A DNA stretch of 64,000 nt from Callorhinchus milii (Eukaryota). Position numbers and translations under genes: made by a program. Location of the stretch: assembly GCF_018977255.1 (NCBI RefSeq), contig NW_024704742.1, positions 99,698,001-99,762,000 of the forward strand, written 5' to 3'. The notes under the pieces are model-generated. The model was given only the letters and a program-made list of their open reading frames with translations, searched no databases and was not told the origin of the DNA. Positions 63,835-64,000 of the stretch are shown one piece after another (position 1 is the first letter of the stretch; the number at the start of each line of letters is the position of its first letter).

Positions 63835-64000
63835 GTACCTTCGCCTTGCTCCCTCTCTTGCCTCCTTCAAGGCACGTCTCAAGATCCTCCTCTTCAACCA
63901 TGCCTTCGGTCACCTTCCTATCCCTACCCTCCCTGCCCTCCACCCCTCCTAATCCCAACCCCCTGCTCGGGTACAAATCTCTGAATGTCCAATGCTTTGG
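63835..64000 (+). mobile_element. L2 LINE 3' fragment running off the window end
   Basis: LRLAPSLASFKARLKILLFNHAFG followed by a C-rich 3' UTR. Confidence 0.88.

Noticed and set aside
1..64000. The many 60-190 aa ORFs in the supplied track as genes
   Set aside because: Most start at alternative codons, have low-complexity or random composition, or overlap SINE/LINE sequence. Only the L2/CR1 remnants show recognisable motifs

Overview
Eukaryotic, AT-rich, essentially non-coding vertebrate DNA, either a large intron or intergenic sequence. The repeat content suggests a cartilaginous fish such as the elephant shark, but this is inference only. That content comprises a young tRNA-headed SINE ending in (ATT)n, an older Deu-domain SINE, L2 LINEs ending in (GTT)n, decayed CR1 LINEs and a Penelope-like palindrome. 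No host protein-coding gene, rRNA, true tRNA or CRISPR array can be supported. The only ORFs with recognisable protein homology are broken L2 and CR1 reverse-transcriptase remnants, the best at 60727-61949 (YADD motif). The most notable unexplained structures are: (i) a ~260-bp inverted copy of a SINE/L2 junction 2.5 kb from its source, later modified by a homology-primed L2 tail insertion and a 62-bp tandem duplication; (ii) an unclassified ~570-bp dispersed repeat (5 copies) with conserved hairpins and no tRNA head; (iii) a near-perfect 143-bp hairpin; (iv) several nested insertions; (v) repeat-poor blocks that may hold conserved enhancers. I found no convincing new multi-gene biological system. 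Boundaries of old repeats were judged by eye and are approximate (about +/-20-50 bp).
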